A DNA stretch of 64,000 nucleotides from assembly GCA_963575745.1 (NCBI GenBank), contig CAUYUJ010000026.1, forward strand, positions 496,001 to 560,000, in the 5' to 3' direction. Each line of letters begins with the position of its first letter. Positions within the stretch are counted from its first letter, which is position 1. Below are positions 23,511-37,245 of the stretch, piece by piece. Both the position numbers and the translations under genes were made by a program. The notes beneath the pieces were generated by a model. That model had not been told where the DNA came from. It did no database searches and saw only the letters and a program-made list of their open reading frames with translations. The stretch comes from Prorocentrum cordatum (taxonomy: Eukaryota).

Positions 23511-25729
23511 GGCGGTCCCCTTTGCGGTGTCGTGCCCCGTGCCGCGTGCCCGGTTGGCGAGGCAGCGCTGAGCCGTGCCCGAGTCTGAGAAGATGGATCG
23601 GTGTTGCTTGCTGTGGCGTCGCCGCGTCACTGCGCCCGTCCAGGCTGCTGGCGGCCCGTCGGCTTCGGTCGGTCTCGGTTTCGCTGCTCGGTCGGTTTTC
23701 GGTTGTGTTGTTGCTGTGCACGGCGTCGTTGACGCCGCGTTCCCGAGTTGCTTGGCGATTTGTTGTTCCACGCCGAGATGACGCACGTGTTGGATGTGGG
23801 GATGTTTTCCCGTCGCGTTCCCCCCCCCAGAAAACATGGGGAGCGAATCGGGGCTGCCGCCTTCAAGTTCCCCCCCTCCTGGGGCCAGAGACGGAGTGTG
23901 AGCGCGCATTGCACGCGCTCGACGCATACACCGCATGACTTTGTCGGCCCAGGAGCCGATGCACTCGGCGAAGGAATCGCTGGTTCAAGCCCTCCACGCG
24001 TCGGCGCGCCACGCTGACCACATTCCAGTCCTCAAGCGTCAACGTCCCGAGTGGGTCCCAGCTTCCATCCCGCGGAGCGGAGCGACACGCTACCGGCTCG
24101 CGGAGCGACACGCTACCAGTTCGCGTGTTTCCAAGGCCGCCCCTGCGGCACGCCAGTCAGAAGTGCCTGCCCGTAGACGGTCCAGTGTCCAACAAGTTGG
24201 GCTGCCGGGGCGTCTGTATGCCGAGCTCCTTGGGCGACCAGTCGATGTGGTGTACATATCAAGCCCTGCCAAAGCGCACGGGAGGGCGCCACAGGTGCAG
24301 CGGAGGTAAGGGCCGAGCCTCCAGGGGGCCACGGCCCCCCACCCCGGACGCACGGTCACAGCATCCGCTGAGCCGAGGCTGCGGCCTCCACGCTATGCCC
24401 TCGCTGGCACGCGCGGGCTTCGTTCCGGGACGCGCGCGCGACAGAACAAGACCGCCCCCCCGGCCAGATCTCAGGCGTCGTACTTCAAGATGGCCTGGAC
24501 CTCTTCCCCAGGACAGGCTCTTCGTGACGTTGACTCAGAGAGTCCTGGATCTTCCCCGCGACCGGCTTTCCATGAAGCTGACTTCCACGACGTGGACTCC
24601 CAGAGAGCCCAGACTTCTGGGACCAGCTGTGCGTGGGCGCCGCGGGGCTCGAAGGAAAAGAGGATGTTCCAAGACCTGCGCTTCTGGAGACCCGCGCTGA
24701 TTTCCTGGGCCTGCGCTCAGCGCCGCAAACTCGGCGCCGCCCTTTGCGCGCTCGGCGCCACCAGGGAGGGGGGTCCAGTGCCTATCAGAGAAATCCGGGC
24801 GGACCTCGGACAGTCAAGTTTTTTTTGTACATCTGTATATGTATATCTATATTCCCCGCCTCCTGCTCCAGCGAGGGGGTCCACGATGCTTCCTCGAGCT
24901 GGGACTTGGAGACGTGTTCGTTTCTCCGTCCAGGTGCGAAACAGCATTCCGTGAGAAGTGAGAGGTGCCCGCGGATATTTCTGACCCGCCGAACGCCCCA
25001 GGGACCAGCAGAAACTTCGGGGCACCTCGAGGCCTTCAAGATCGACGAAGAATATATCGCGATATTCCGTACATCAAGATCTCTTGTCGTGTGCGCCCGC
25101 CGCATTGGCGGAGTTCTTGGCCCCCGTGCTTAGGGCAGTGTTTGGACCGGGGCCTGTCCCTCTCCCCCCGTCATCCCTCTCCCCCTCCCTCCATTCGTCC
25201 TTCCGTACGTGCCTTTGCTTCCCCCCCCCCGTGCTGCTGCTTCTCTCGTTGATCTTCCTCCGCCTCCTCCCCCGAGTCCCCCAGAAACGCTTGAACCCTG
25301 TCCGTCCCCGGAGCCATTCTTCCTCCTCTTCCTCCTCCTCCTTCTCCTCTTCCTCTTTCTCCTCCTCCCTCCTCCTCCTCGTCCTCCCTCCTCCTCCTCC
25401 TCCTCCTCATCCTCCTTCTCCTCTTCCTCCTCTTTCTCTGGAGTCTTTCCCCTCCCTCCTTCATCGCGCACCCCCCCTTCTCCGTAGAAATCCGGAAGCC
25501 ACCAGATTGCCTCAATTCGTTTGCAACCTCTTCCGTCCTATTCCGCCTCCCTCATGCTGCCCCTTTGTCCTCTTACTCCGTCTTTCTCCTACTTTTTCAT
25601 CGGCGGCCGAGACTCTCCAGAACCCCAATCGAAGCAGATCAAGCACAGTGCAGCACTCCTTGTTCCCTCCTCCAACCTGTCTTCTTCCTCCTCCCCCTTC
25701 GCACATTCGTCTCACAAGTTGGCAAGAGC

Positions 25730-26285
25730 TTGACGGATGGAGGGCGGAACGTTTTTCAAAATTTGGTTATCGCTTGAGTGTCGCGCATATTCGTCTTATC
25801 AGTTTGCAGTCGTTTCACGTGTGGAAGGCGGTTCCTTTTCAAAATGCGGTCGTCGCTTTAGCGCCGCGCGCATACGTATGAAACGTTTGCAAGAAGTTCA
25901 CGGGTGGAGGGCGGCTCATTGTTTAAAGTTGGTTATCGCTTTAGTTCCGCGCACATACGCTCTAACATGTCACAGCATGTTCCATATTCGTGTGGTTGAC
26001 GTCTCAAAATTGTGCGCTGGCGCTGTCTAGGGTTGTGAGGGCGCAGCAGTCACGTTGTCCCAGAAACAGCGTTCTGGTTCGATTGGTCAGGCGGCGACAG
26101 TGACGTTGATCTGCGGCGTTGAAGTTCCAGGGATGGTGTGTTGGCACGGATCAAGATTTTCAAACGGTTGTCTTCCAACGGGTCTCTTCCCGCCGGGGAT
26201 ATAGGTCCTTATAGGAGTCCATGAAGATGGAACTCGGACGGAGGGTTGATTGCAACATCGTTGGTGAGTCGTGGGTTTGCACTGC
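25730..26285 (+). repeat. Dispersed repeat with ~80-bp internal subrepeats; inverted homologue at ~40585-41260
   Basis: GGAGGGTTGATTGCAACATCGTTGGTGAGTCGTGGGTTT is the reverse complement of AAACCCACAACCCATCAACAATGTTGCAATCGACCCTCC. The subrepeats also correspond. Confidence 0.7.
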
Positions 26286-27369
26286 TCTTCCTCCTGCCTC
26301 CTCCGCTTCCCCTCTCCTCCTTCTTCTCAGCTCCCTCATCCTCCTCTCCGCCCTCCTCCTCGCCGCCTCCTCCCTCCGACGTCGACGAGGGCGTCCTCCA
26401 CGACGTGGCCCCGCCAGGAGTTGGCCATTTGCCAGGAGCTGGTCCAGGCGACGGGGTCGACCCTGGCCGTGGCCGGCAACCAGCTGGGGCTTGGCGCGCC
26501 GCCGCCGCCCAGAAGAACGCGACGGGATCCTCGTTCTTCTTTTCTTTGGGGTTTTGGTTCCTCCCCCCCTCCTCATCCTCCTCCTTCTCCTCCTCCTTCT
26601 CCTCCTCCTCCTCCTTCACCTCCTCCTCCTCCTCCTCCTCCTCCTCCTCCTCCTCCTCCCACCCCCATCTTCCTCCGCCCGCAATCTGCGCATGCATCCT
26701 TCGCTCCGCCACTCAAATCGGATGCTTTGCCGCCGTTCGGCATCAGCATTGGCGCGTACATAAGTTGTTGAACGAAAAGCGCGCTATCCACGATTTACCC
26801 CTTGTAACCGCACTTCTTTCGCCTCAGCATTGGTACCTTCCTCCAATCTTTGAACAGGGTAATCCGCCTCAAACACACGCAGATGAACACCATAGTTCGA
26901 GTCTCTGTGCAGGTCGGCCTGCGACGGCATAAGCAGCTGCAGGCGACGCGATGTGGAGCGAACCGCCAACGGGAACTCTGCGACGCTCCTACGACCCATC
27001 GCACCCCACAGGTACTGACCCCAACTTCGTGTCGGGCATGACTGCGAGCCCCCCCCTGGGCTAATACCGTGCCCCGCGATGTGCGCGACACTGCTAACCG
27101 TCTTTGGAAGCACGTCGCACCAATCGAATGGAGCACCGAGAGCCAACCCACCAGTCTCACCACCCTCGGCTTCGACCAAGATTGACCACACTATTACGGA
27201 TGACCCCAACCTCGACATGGCGCTCGTCCGTGCGCAGGCCCATGTCCTAAGGCACCTCCGCAGCACCCTTCGTGGTGGATTGTTTTTAACCAGGGCGATC
27301 TGCATCTTGACGTTCTGGGGCAGCATCCCCATGTTCTTCGTGGGAGCCCTTCTCTGGCTAACTTGCATG

Positions 27370-28340
27370 AAGCCTGGTGGTGCCAGCCCACAGGGCGGCG
27401 GTGGTGGTCGCGGCGGCAGCAACTTTAGCCAGCCGCCCTCATGATCACCCGTGCGCGAGTCTATGTGTCCATACCGTCACTGGAAACAGCACCTGCTTGT
27501 TTGGAACGTGTTCGCCATCGATATGGACAGTGTCCCACAATGCGTCGCCGTTTTCCTTGACCTCGGTGGGGCCGCTCGCGCCCTCACGCGCTCCATGAGC
27601 CTCAAAGAGATGGCGGAGGGAGAGTACGAGGATGCCGTGGCCTACCTCATCGCGAGCCTTGCCAAGCAGTTCGGCCCCCTGTGCGAGGAGTCGTGCTTCC
27701 AGGCTACCCGCGAGCCCTTCGAGTTATGGGGGTGCCGCAACGAGACCACCGATTCGCTGCCCTCGCGGTTTCTCACGCTGCGGTTCCGAGCTACGCACAA
27801 CGGTAGAGCTGCGATGTTTTGGGAAGGCTACAGTTGGCTGTTCTCCGAGTGCTCTGCGTCGCAGCTAGCCAATTCATGACGCTGCTCCAACCCTCAGGCA
27901 ACCGATGCCCAGCCACGGGGCCGGAGTTCAGCAGCCTCCGACGAATTTCAGGCGCGTGGGTCACACCGTGGAGCACGGCACCAAACAACATCGCCGGCGC
28001 CCGCCCTTCGCCGCCATCGTTCGGAGGACCCGCGGGCATGACCAACGACGACAGTCAAGACGCACCTCCCGCAGACCCCTGGCACACTCAGGGTCTCGAC
28101 CCCTGGGCAGCCAGAGCCTCCGAGCTTCCCGGTGCCGGAGGTGCTGCAACCTACGCAACCTGCCCGTCGCAGGGCGCCGTGCCGCCGCAGTCCGCGCATC
28201 CTGCCGCCGCATGGGCGTCAGCGGGCGGGTCCGTCTTCATCGATGGAGCCTCCTCAGACGCCCGCTCGGATCCTCGTGGAGAGATCAACTACCAGGCCCC
28301 AGCGTTCCATGGTCCAAGGTCTCAGCCCTGCCCAGGTAAC
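27370..28340 (+). mobile_element. Degraded gag-like N-terminal fragment of an LTR retrotransposon polyprotein
   Basis: PPS*SP...PYRHWKQHLLVW...LGGAARAL...YLIASLAKQFGPLCEES...ETTDSLPSRFLTLRFRA...WEGYSWL, then frameshifted LLQP...RRVGHTVE. This resembles the helical gag capsid region of algal retroelements (recognised from memory). No LTRs or pol seen. Confidence 0.55.
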
Positions 28341-28764
28341 CGACCGCGGGCGATAATAAAGCACGCCCCCCTGAACCCCCTGAAGGGTTTTTGTTTTAGC
28401 CAATAGGTTTTAACGGTGGGGGAAGGCGCGGAGGCCGAACTTTATAATCCACGGGGAAGTTGCGGGGACCGAAGTTGCTATCATATCGTGTTGACTAGCA
28501 GCAGCATCAAAATCGCTTCTCTTCCTTTTCTCTTTCTCTTCTTTTCCCCCCACCAGGGGCCGAACTTTTTATTGAATCGCTTCGCTCATTCCGCCGGCCC
28601 GTGATATGGCATCGCTGGTTTTTGTCTGTGTGTTCGTTGCCCATGTTGCGCTCTTGGGGGCGGGTGTCGTTCGGACGCGTTGCGTGGGGAGTTTTGATGG
28701 TGAAGCAGTTCCCTGGGGGTCGTCTCTCGATGGGGCGAAATAGAGTCGTCGTCAAGATGCTTCT

Positions 28765-29390
28765 TTGGGGGGCCTCTTGGGGTCTGTTGAGAGGCCGTTC
28801 GGGGGCGCCTGGGAGACATGTTTGAAAGCCTCTGGAGCCTCCTGGGAGTCTCCTGGGGCCTCTTGGCGACATCTTGGGGCCTCTTGGAGGCCTCTTGGGG
28901 CCTCTTTGGGACCTCCTGGGCGCCTTCTGGGACGGAGGGCTCCATTTTTGAGTTCTCGGTATCCCTCCTGAGTCCCTCTTGGGCCCGTCTTGGGGCCTCT
29001 TGGTCCGTCTTGGGCGGCACTTGGGCCGTCTTGAGGGCTCTCTTGGGTCGTTTCGGCGCCGTCTTGGGAGCTTCGTGGGCCGTCTTGGAGCGGTCTTGGG
29101 GGCCTCTTGGGCCGTCTTGGAGCGTCCGGAAGCCGAAAAAGCCAGAACACAAAAAACATCGAAAAAACAATGAAAATCAACGATTTTGGCCTCTTGGGGC
29201 TCTCTTCGGAGGCCTCTTGGAAGGCTCTTGGGGCGTCTTGGAGGCCTCTTGGGCTGTCTTGGGGGCCTTTTGGGCCGTCTTGGGGTCATCTTCGGCGTCT
29301 TCGAGCGCTCTTTGGGCGTCTCGGGGGCCTCTTGGGCAGTCTTGGGGGCCTCTTGGGGCACTCTGAGCGCGCTCTGGGGAGCCTGAGAGG
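28765..29390 (+). repeat. Degenerate ~11-bp minisatellite family (GGGCCTCTTGG/GGGCCGTCTTG); also at ~29920-30090, 41385-41940, 42130-43160, 45580-45845 and 51525-52060
   Basis: Many imperfect tandem copies visible on both strands. Confidence 0.85.
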
Positions 29391-32300
29391 CCGCACCCAG
29401 AAGGAAAACCATCTCTGAGTAGACTTGGTCGGGCGGCGGTCGGGCGGCGGTCGGGCGGGACCGGGCGTTGGTCGGGGTACTTTTCGCCGGGGGGCCCCCA
29501 GGGGCCGCCCCGCGCGCGCGAACTAGAAATACTGTTAATACTGTTAACCAGTTACCGGAGATCTTAGCACGCCCTGGCCCGTTGGGCCGGCGAATTTCCG
29601 GGTTTGTTTCATTCCCCCGCGGGGTCCCGCCATGGGCCCCCGCCCAAGCGATCCTGAAGACGATTAAACAGCATTTGTTATTTCACATAAACACATGAGG
29701 CCCCGAATCCCATCTTTTTCAAAATTGATCCTGGGACCATTATCTTCTCTCTTCTGTCTCCCACCATTATTATTGGGCTGGCCTCCGCCCAGCGCCGCCG
29801 ACCCGGGGGGGTGAGAGCGAGCCGTCTTGGACACTGTGAAGGCCCAAGAAACGAATAGGCCGAACACATGTTTGTTCCCAAGGGAATGGGTCGATTTGTC
29901 TGTTTTGGGCATTCTTGGGAAGTGTCGCGAGGGATCCTGGGGGCGTCTTGGAGGTTTCTGGAGCTGTCTTCCAGGCATCTTGGGCGGTTCGAGCGACGTT
30001 TCGGCGATTCGGGGCCCTCTTGCATTGTCTAGGGAGCCTCTGGGGCCTCTCTTGGCTTCCTCTTGGGTTGTCTTGGGCGGTCGGGGCTCCGGAAGTGGAG
30101 TTTTCTATGCCCCCCTGTCCCCGGGTGCCGAAAAACGTCAGAAATGACATCCGTAATATCCCCGCGCGCCGAAAAAACGTCGGAAATGACGTCTGAAATA
30201 ACGCCCCCCCCCCCCCCGCAGAGCAAAGCTTGAGCGAGCTCAAGTCCACGCTCTCAGAAACTCGCGCGCCGGATCAGCGGTTTCCTTTCTTCCTGCTCGT
30301 GCTCCAACCAGCAATGTTACAATCCACCCGCGTGGTAGGGATGAGCAATCTTGCTATACCCTTGCATTCTTGCCACTTCGGCCCGTCTCTGGGCCTTGCA
30401 AGGACCTTGCATCTTCGCCGTCCATCCTTACTACGCGAGTCGACTGTAGTGCTATGAGCATCCCTTCCCCCCCATGCAGGAGCGACTCGCGTAGGCGCCT
30501 GCTTAGCCACGAGCGTCGAGATCGCTCGAGTCAGCCTTTTGTCGCGCGCCTGGTTAATCACGAGCCTCGAGATCTCTCGAGTGAGTCTTGCGCCGTCATC
30601 ACCGTCGCCATCGTCATCATCGCCACCATCATCATCATCAAAACTTACCTTCCCCGGGACAACCTTTTATTATCCCAGCCAAAACCGCAAACTCTATTAT
30701 CCCAGGGGGGTCATTATCGCCCGCGGTCGGTTAGATGCCCCGCTGTTTTGGCAGATGACGATAGAGAAGCGTCAACGGCGCAGGCGCGCGCGCGCAGCCA
30801 CGCCAACGGGCGCCCTGGACCCATAGATGGTGCCCTGGACCACGGCCCCATTGGTAGCATTTCAGGGGTCGCATTCATGGTCACGGACAGCGCTCCTCAG
30901 CCGCAGCCATGATCCAACAACGCGCCAGCGCAGCCAACTGTCGACGGCCCCCGGCAGCAACCTGGACCAGTTCACGTTGCGCGGTCAGCAGCTTCGCTTG
31001 CCATGGTCTAGAGCCGCGCGTCCACCGTCGCCGCAGAGCCGGCAGCAGCCGCGGGCCGAGCTTTCAGCTAGTGCGCCGCTGACGATTGCAGGTCTACGCG
31101 GCCCCCGCGAGATGAGCCTCATCGATCATCGGCGCAGGGCGTGGGCCGCCGTCCTGCCCATGGGCCGTATCGCAGTCCCCGGCGACAAGCGAAGAAGCAT
31201 TCCTCGCACCAGCGGCTTCGGTTAACTCTCGCGCCTACGGCAAGGCCAGCTAGCGCAGGCTGCCCTGCCAGACAAGCCACATTGCCTCGGACCTGGGCGC
31301 GTTGATGATGTGCCGACCGCAGCGATCAGGACAAGCGCCGCGCGCGACCTGGCCCCTGAGATATCCATCCGGCCGCCCCCCACGGCCAGCTTGGGGACCG
31401 AACGCGACGCTCCGATGCAGCGGCGACGCGCCCACAAACGCGCCCAACATATTACCGACGAGGTTAGGGCGTGTCTTCGCACCGTCGCGCCACCGCCATC
31501 ACCGTCGGATCTACGCGCTCAGCCAGAAGTCATATTAATAGTTGTAGACGCCCGTGAGATGTGCGGCACCTGTTCGGATCAGCACGGCAGCGTAGACGTC
31601 GCAGGCATCCTTCCACGCGGTCGCCGTTTCCATCCGAGCTGCGCCGTCGCTTGGGCCGCCGCAAGCTAAAATAATGCTCCGTCGCGAGCAGTGGAAGAAG
31701 CGCATCGTGGCGACCGGTCGCCCTCATCGCCTGAATCGGCTTGCGCGTCTACGTGGTAGCGCCCCGGCGCCGCGCGGCCGCGCCGACGCGCGGCGACGCG
31801 CGACGGCTCAACGGTCTGGGCTGGTGGGCCCAGGCCGCGCAACTACGGGCCCGCTGTTCGCCGACGCGCCGCGCAGGTGAGCTGGAGGCGCGCAGCGACG
31901 CAGCGCTCATAAAGGAGCAACGGGAAAACGTCGGCGCGGGACGGGGGGATTCTGAGGAGCCACGACGCGAGACCTGGGCGCGGCACACGCGCACCTGGGC
32001 GCGGCACCTGGGCGCACGACAGGCATTCGTTGGTCGACGAGCGCGCCACTTCTTGGACTCGCAGCGCGGGGCGTTCGAGACGGTGGCGCGAAGCACTTTC
32101 GCCAGTGGGCCGACGGCCGCCATCAGTTCGCCAGATCACGGCCTCGCTTTGGCCACCGCGCTCCGCAAGGCGCGCGAGGGCCTGCGCGGCCCCGAAGCGG
32201 CGCGCCACCGGCGAGATTTGCAGCGGCCTCTCTCTCACTGCAAACCGAACTCTGCCTGGGTCCATGGGCGGGGCCACAGCCGTTAAGACTGCGAGACCAA

Positions 32301-35159
32301 AGCCGTTCGCGTTGCATTCGCTGTTGCCGCGCGTGACGTGCTCTGGCCCGTTGAACCCCTGCGCTCCGGCCAGTTAGGGGTTCTGAACAGGGATGGCGCG
32401 CTAGACACGGTTGCAGACGGGCTGGCCAACGGCAGCATCGACTAATGCGCCCTGCACGACGTAGCCTGCGGCTCCCGCCAGCGGCCACGCGCGCCGCGCG
32501 CTGCCGCCCTTCGCGCTGCGTGCCAACTCACTGTGCTCTGACAACTGAACTATCATCAGTATACGGAGCAGCTCGTGCCCCATCCACATTGCCACCGGTC
32601 CTTCCTCATCCTCCTCGAGTTCGGGAGTCGCGCGCGCCATGTTCGGGGCGGATTTTGCAGCGCGACGATCTAGGCGCAGTTATGGCGAGTGCCTCGAGGC
32701 AGAAGCACGCGGAATACGCAGACGCGCGCCTGTGCACATGCGCACAAGAGACATGGGATCAGCCAGAGTAGCCAGAGAAGGTAGTAGATGGATCCGCCGC
32801 GAATTGCCCCGCGAGGAGACCCGTGCGCGGGCTGGCCGTGGCGCGCGGGGCCTCGCGGCATGCCTTGCGCGCCGGCGGGCCCGCGCGCCGGCGCCCGACG
32901 CTCGCCGCTGCGCGCTGGCGGCCACCCGCTGCCGCGCGCGCAGCCGCGGCCTCCGATGCCGCGGGTCAAACAGCGTCTCCAGCAGAAGTGCCATTCTCAG
33001 GCGAGGGGCCCGCGGCGCCCAGGAGTCGCGCAGCGTCCTGCGAGCGTGCTCGGCACGCCGCTCCTCCGAAAGGCGGTTCAAAAGGTATCGCCACCAATCG
33101 TGGCGAGGCCGCTAGGAATGCCGCCAGCAATGCCACCGCCAACCGATGGCCTCGCGGGCGCACGCGGGCCGAGCGTCGGCCACCCAGCCCGCGGCGCGAC
33201 GTGCCTCGCGAGCGAAGGCAGCGCGCGCCATCGGCTCCAGGACCGCGCCGCTGTATAGGCACCGCCGAGACATCGCGTCTGACGCAGCGGCGCTGATGTG
33301 CCATGTCCGGGGGGGTGCCGTGCACCCCTTCGTCAACCGCGGCGCGGCGGCCCCTGCGTCGGCTCCTCGCCGGGTGCCGCGGGCGGCGCCTCGAGCGGGG
33401 GAGGCGCCCGCGGTGGTGGAGTTGGCGCAGCCTTGCTGGTCGGACGCGCGCGCGCGGGACCAGACATTGCGGCGGTCGGGCGGCGCCGGCGGGGCGTCGG
33501 AGGGCGTTCGCGAGAGCGAGTGGCGGCGGCCATTCGAGCTCGTGGATGCCCTCAAAGCACCAGTCCTGCGACCATCCTCTGGCCATGCCCATCCTCGACG
33601 AGCCAATCCAAGTGCCGGCGATCCTTCGGCGTGGGCCCATGGCGCTGCTGAGCGCCAAGTTGTTTCAGATCTGGGCGGCTCGGGCGCTCCAGGAGCGGTT
33701 CGAGTGCCGCGGGCGCTGGCAGTTGGTCGACTTCGGCACCTGGCCAGGCTGCGGTCTGGATCTTCGCGCGGACGAGGCAGCCCGAGGGCTGCCCGCCAGC
33801 CAGAGCGGCCCTCCCATGCCGTCTTGGATGTCGCCGCGCCCCCCGTCGCCGCGGGTCGAGCGCGCGCCGGCCGGGTCGCCGCGCCCCCCGCCGCCGAGGG
33901 GCGAGCGCGCGCCGGCCACGCAGCCGCGGCACTCCCTGCCGAGGCCCCCGGCGCATCCGCCTGAGCAGCTATGGGACAAGGAGAGAGGGCGCTGCGAGCA
34001 GCAGTGGGGCCAGGAGAAGTACTGCGGAAGGGGCGCCACTCACGGCTCAGGATGCCGCCCGCGCCCGTTCTGGCAGCGCGCCAGCGGCGCGGCGCCGATC
34101 AGCCTTCGCGGGCAAGCAGCCGTCGTGACAGGCATGGACAAGGTGCGCCCAGGAAGAGGGCGCGCTGCGGAGGCGAAAAAGGGCAAGCGCCAGCGCGCGG
34201 CCGCGGCTTCGCGCGCTGCAGCCAGTGGCGACGATGACCTCGAGACCTCGCTGGACAGCGTTGCCCCGGGCGCGCCCAGCGATAAGGCTATGGTGCAGCG
34301 AGGCTTCGGCGGCTCCCATCCTCAAGACAACTGAAACCGTGAGCCCGAGGCGATGGTGCCAAAAAGAGTGCGCATCCCTCATGGTCATCCTTCATCCCGC
34401 ACCTTCTCCATCCTGCCCGGTCAAGACGTCGGCGCGCCTCGACCTGACCTCCCCGCGCGACCCCTGGGCCATGCACTGCGGCTACCAAGAGAGCTCCAAA
34501 ACGGCCCAAGATGGCGAGCTCCAGATCAGGGTCACCAAACATACGCAGGTACGGCCTGGCTCACACCACTTCTACTCGTGTGTGCTCCGCGACAGAGGTG
34601 GGCCCTCCTCCCGCCGCGTGCGGTCAGGCCAGACAGCGACGGGGCACCTCTGCTGAATTTAGAATGTGCCTGGAGTTGGACAGTTCTTGTTCCCCTTTTC
34701 TCTGGTCTTGCGTCTCCGCCGGAGCTGTTCGATCGTTCGCACAATCCCTACTCAAATCTGAGATTCTGCCGCCTTTTGGTCTCGGCGCCGGCGCGTACTT
34801 AGCATAATTTGTTCAATGAAAAGCCCGATATCTACGTCTTGTTGCCGCAATGGTTTCTCGTCAACGGGGGGGGAACAGGTGGCGAGACCACCACTCCCCA
34901 GACTTCCCCCAGGGTATATTTGAAAGAGCGCGTCCTGTGGTCGCTTGGAGGGGGGGGGAACCGACCCCCCCCCTTTGGATGGATGGGGGGGGGGGTCGAG
35001 CCCCCCTCCCTCCCTCATCTGCGTCCCCTCTCCTCGGGCCGGCGCTTGTGTCGGCGGCGGCTGGCGACGGCGGCGGGGACGACGATTTCCATTTCTGGGC
35101 TGGCACTGGCGCCTGCGGCGATGGGCGGCGGTGGCGGGGAGCGTCGACGACGGCGACGG

Positions 35160-35455
35160 TAGTTTGTGGTGGTGGTGGTGGTGGTGGTGGTGGTGGTGAT
35201 GGTCATGGTGTGGTGGTTTGTGGTGGTGGTGGGTTGTGCTGCTGGGAGTGGTGGTGGTTGTGGCGGTGGTGGTGGTGTGGTAGATTGTGGTGGTGGTGGT
35301 GGTGATGGTGAGTTGTGGTAGTGGTTGTGGTGGTGGTGGTGGCTGTGGTGCTGGTGGTGGTTATTGTGTGGTGCTGTTGGTGGTGGTGGTGGTGGTGTGT
35401 TGACGCGGTGGTGGTGCTGGTAGTGGTAGTGGTGGTGGTGTGGTAGTGGTGGTAA
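35160..35455. repeat. Degenerate (GGT)n tract
   Basis: Direct observation. Confidence 0.9.
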
Positions 35456-36109
35456 GTGTCGTTGCGTCCCCGCCGTCGCCGGCGCCAGCGCCAGCGCTGC
35501 TGGCCGCCGCCAGCGCTGGCGCCGGCTCGAAGGGGGGGGGGGTTTGAACCCCCCCCTTTGGGCTGCCTTTGGTCATCGTCGCTGCGTCCCCGCCGTTGGC
35601 GCTGCTGGCAGCCGCCAGCGCCGGCGCTGGCGCCGAAGGGGCGGGGGGGGTTGAACCCCTCCCCTTTGGGAAGGGGGGGGGAGGGGGTTCGGGAGGGGGG
35701 GGGTTGGGGGGAGGGGAGCCCCCCTGGTTTTGATCGGCGGTGCCGAGTGTTGGGGATCGAGGGGGGGGGCCCACCCCCCGGGTCGAAACGCGCCGCCGAG
35801 TGTTCCCCAGGCAAGCGCCCGTGAAACGCGTTCTCGGCCAGAATTTCAAGGAGAACCAGTCCGTCGTGACGAGGGCTCTCCAGGACGAGCAGCGTATCAG
35901 TTTTTCTTCCTCTGACGTTCCTCCCGCCTCCTCTTCCCCCCCCCGCTCCCTCCCACCCGCCGAGGCAACTACACCATCACGGTGGTGGCCACCCGCCCCG
36001 ACGGCTCCAGCGGCAGCGCGAGCGCCAACTTGGAGAGACGGGGGGAGAGGCAAGCAGACGGACGGGCGCGTTCGAAACGGGGGGGTGGCAGGGAAAATAA
36101 GAAGAGTAT

Positions 36110-37245
36110 GAGGAGGAAGAGGAGGAGGGAGGAGGAGGAGGAGGAGGAGGAGGAGGAGGAGGAGGAGGAGGAGGAGGAGGAGGAGGAGGAGGCGGAGGAG
36201 GAGGAGGAGGAGAGACGGAGGAGGAGGAGGAGGAGGAGGCTGAGGAGGAGGAGGAAGAGGAGAGGAGGACGAGGACGAGGACGAGGAGGAGGAGGAGGAG
36301 GAACAGGAGGAGGAGCAGCAGGAGGAGGGAGGAGGAGGAGGAGAGGAGGAGGAGGAGGAGGAGGAGGGGAGGAGGAGGAGAGGAGAGGGGGGGAGGAGGA
36401 GGAGGAGGAGGAGGAGGGTGAGGAGGAGGAGGAGGAGGAAGGAGGAGGAAGACGAGGAGGAGGAGGAGGATGAGGAGGATGAGGAGGAGGAGGAGGAGGT
36501 GAAGGAGGACGAGGACGAGGACGAGGAGGAGGAGAGGAGGAGGCGAAAGAGGAGGATGAGGAGCTAGAGGAGGAGGAGGAGGAGGAGGAGGGGAGGAGGA
36601 GGAGGAGGAAGAGGAGGAGGGAGGAGGAGGAGGAGGGACGAGCACGAGGTCGAGGAGGAGGAGGAGCAGGAGAGGAGGAGGAGGCGGAGGAGGAAGAGGA
36701 GGCGAAGAGGAGGAGGGACGAGGAGGAGGAGGGAGGAGGCGAAAGAGGAGGATGAGGACGAGGACGAGGACGAGGGGGAGGATGAGGAGGAGGAGGAGGA
36801 GCAGGAGGAGGGGAGGCTGAGGAGGAGAGGAGGATGAGGGGAGGAAGAGTAGGAGGAGGAGGAGGAGGAGGAGGAGGAGGAGGAGGAGGAGGAGGAGGGA
36901 GGAGGAGGAGGGAGAGGAGGAGACGGAGGAGGAGGAGGGAGGAGGAGGCTGAGGAGGGAGGAAGAGGAGGAGGAGGAGGGAGGAGGCGGAGGAGGAGGGA
37001 GGCGAACGAGGAGGATGAAGAACTAGAGGAGAGGAGGAGGAGGAGGAGGAGGAGGAGGAGGAGGAGGAGGAGGAGGAGGATGGAGATTTGTGCCAACCAA
37101 ACGACGCCCATCGTCAGCCATTCGACGCCAGTCCGGATTCGCAGATCATGTCAGTTCTGGGAGGGAGGAGATGGAGGAGGAGGCGGAGGAGGAGGAGGAG
37201 GAGGAGGAGGAGGAGGAGGAGGAGCAGGAAGAGGAGGAGGAGGGA
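36110..37245. repeat. ~1-kb degenerate (GGA)n polypurine tract
   Basis: Almost exclusively G/A from 36110 to 37080, resuming at 37160-37245. Confidence 0.95.

Noticed and set aside
28507..29412. 301-aa PKRP/QEAP-rich ORF
   Set aside because: Translation of the dispersed GGGCCTCTTGG minisatellite family.
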